A DNA stretch of 64,000 bases, taken from assembly GCA_038801785.1 (NCBI GenBank), contig JAULTD010000002.1:7993-71992 (forward strand). The letters run 5' to 3'. Below, in pieces: positions 63,640-64,000 of this stretch. The position numbers were made by a program, and so were the translations under genes. The notes beneath the pieces are model-generated. The model was not told the DNA's origin and ran no database searches. It was given only the letters and a program-made list of their open reading frames with translations. This DNA is from Candidatus Methanomethylicaceae archaeon GD_Cm_T35_P0_bin.15. Its GTDB lineage: Archaea; Thermoproteota; Methanomethylicia; Methanomethylicales; Methanomethylicaceae. Position 1 is the stretch's first letter; every line of letters begins with the position of its first letter.

Positions 63640-64000
63640 GTGGCAAGCTACACCGTTGCGATAACCTTGGACGACGCAGAGCAGCACGAGCTGGAGGTGA
63701 GGGCGGTGATCCCTGTGAGCGGGACGACCGACCTCACCGTGACCTCCCCGGACGCCGGCTACGGCTCCTCCTGGATCAGCGTGGAGGCATGCTACGACAG
63801 CGCCGGGAAGGACGTCCGAATCGAGCAGCTGAACAATAGGACCTGGCGGGTGAGCCCCTCCTCGGCCGGCGACGTGATAGTCGAGTACCGGGCGCGGACC
63901 GACATCCCGAGTTCCATGGCGGCAGGCACCTACCTGACCTACCTCTCCGGAAGCTGCGGTCTGCTCTACGGTGGCGCGGTCTTCCTCCGCCCGTCCTCGG
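63640..64000 (+). CDS. 5' part of an ORF running off the window (hypothetical; possibly peptidase N-terminal beta-domain)
   Basis: The frame is open from 63493 to the window end; candidate starts are TTG 63601 and GTG 63640. Translation is VASYTVAITLDDAEQHELEVRAVIPVSGTTDLTVTSPDAGYGSSWISVEA... with coding-like composition. The family guess (M61-type N-domain) is weak. Confidence 0.35.
   Translation, partial: MASYTVAITLDDAEQHELEVRAVIPVSGTTDLTVTSPDAGYGSSWISVEACYDSAGKDVRIEQLNNRTWRVSPSSAGDVIVEYRARTDIPSSMAAGTYLTYLSGSCGLLYGGAVFLRPSS

Noticed and set aside
63073-64000. Looked for a CRISPR repeat-spacer array or leader next to cas2
   Set aside because: There are no direct repeats of 24-40 nt with regular spacing. 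Only a hexamer microsatellite and an 8-mer duplicate are present, and an unrelated ORF starts at ~63600.
1-64000. Scan for tRNA/rRNA genes, transposases, integrases or prophage remnants
   Set aside because: I found no T-arm (GGTTCGAATCC-like) or cloverleaf candidates in intergenic regions, no rRNA-like segments, and no DDE/tyrosine-recombinase-like ORFs. The window appears free of recognisable mobile elements.

Overview
GC-rich archaeal chromosomal segment. The evidence for archaeal origin is RadA, a two-subunit 2-oxoacid:ferredoxin oxidoreductase, mevalonate kinase, TATA-like promoters and oligo-T terminators. I cannot assign the lineage from sequence alone. A thiC TPP riboswitch, tandem MoeA genes and DUF134/DUF5320/NifX-type genes suggest a euryarchaeal or Thermoplasmatota-like anaerobe. 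Most of the window is tightly packed housekeeping: two paralogous LeuD-like/IPMDH-like sets, radA, asd and aspartate kinase, leuBCD-like genes, nikR, cysteine desulfurase with Fe-S proteins, OFOR alpha/beta, a five-gene Opp/Dpp-type ABC transporter, gcvT, two moeA genes, TldD/PmbA, mvk, Mrp/ApbC, a P-type ATPase, dtxR-feoB, one MCP and thiC. The most interesting region is 25.0-31.0 kb. It holds a eukaryote-type topoisomerase IB plus an unknown 227-aa partner, transcribed divergently from a three-gene operon. That operon encodes a short, hinge-less SMC-like ATPase whose head motifs look SMC5/SMC6-like, a kleisin-like protein, and a tandem winged-helix 'kite' protein resembling the MAGE/Nse3 fold. 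I propose this as a candidate undescribed archaeal mini-SMC5/6-like complex. Other notable items are: an orphan divergent cas6/cas2 pair with no array or cas1; a clear TPP riboswitch; several perfect palindromic or direct-repeat operators next to small regulators, including a 57-aa AbrB-like ORF and a 45-aa zinc-ribbon ORF missing from the track; an inverted pair of small paralogs flanking the MCP; DtxR-box-like sites; and recurrent homopurine/homopyrimidine microsatellite tracts at gene 3' ends. No rRNA, tRNA, transposase or integrase was recognised. All homology statements come from reading motifs by eye and have not been checked by database search.
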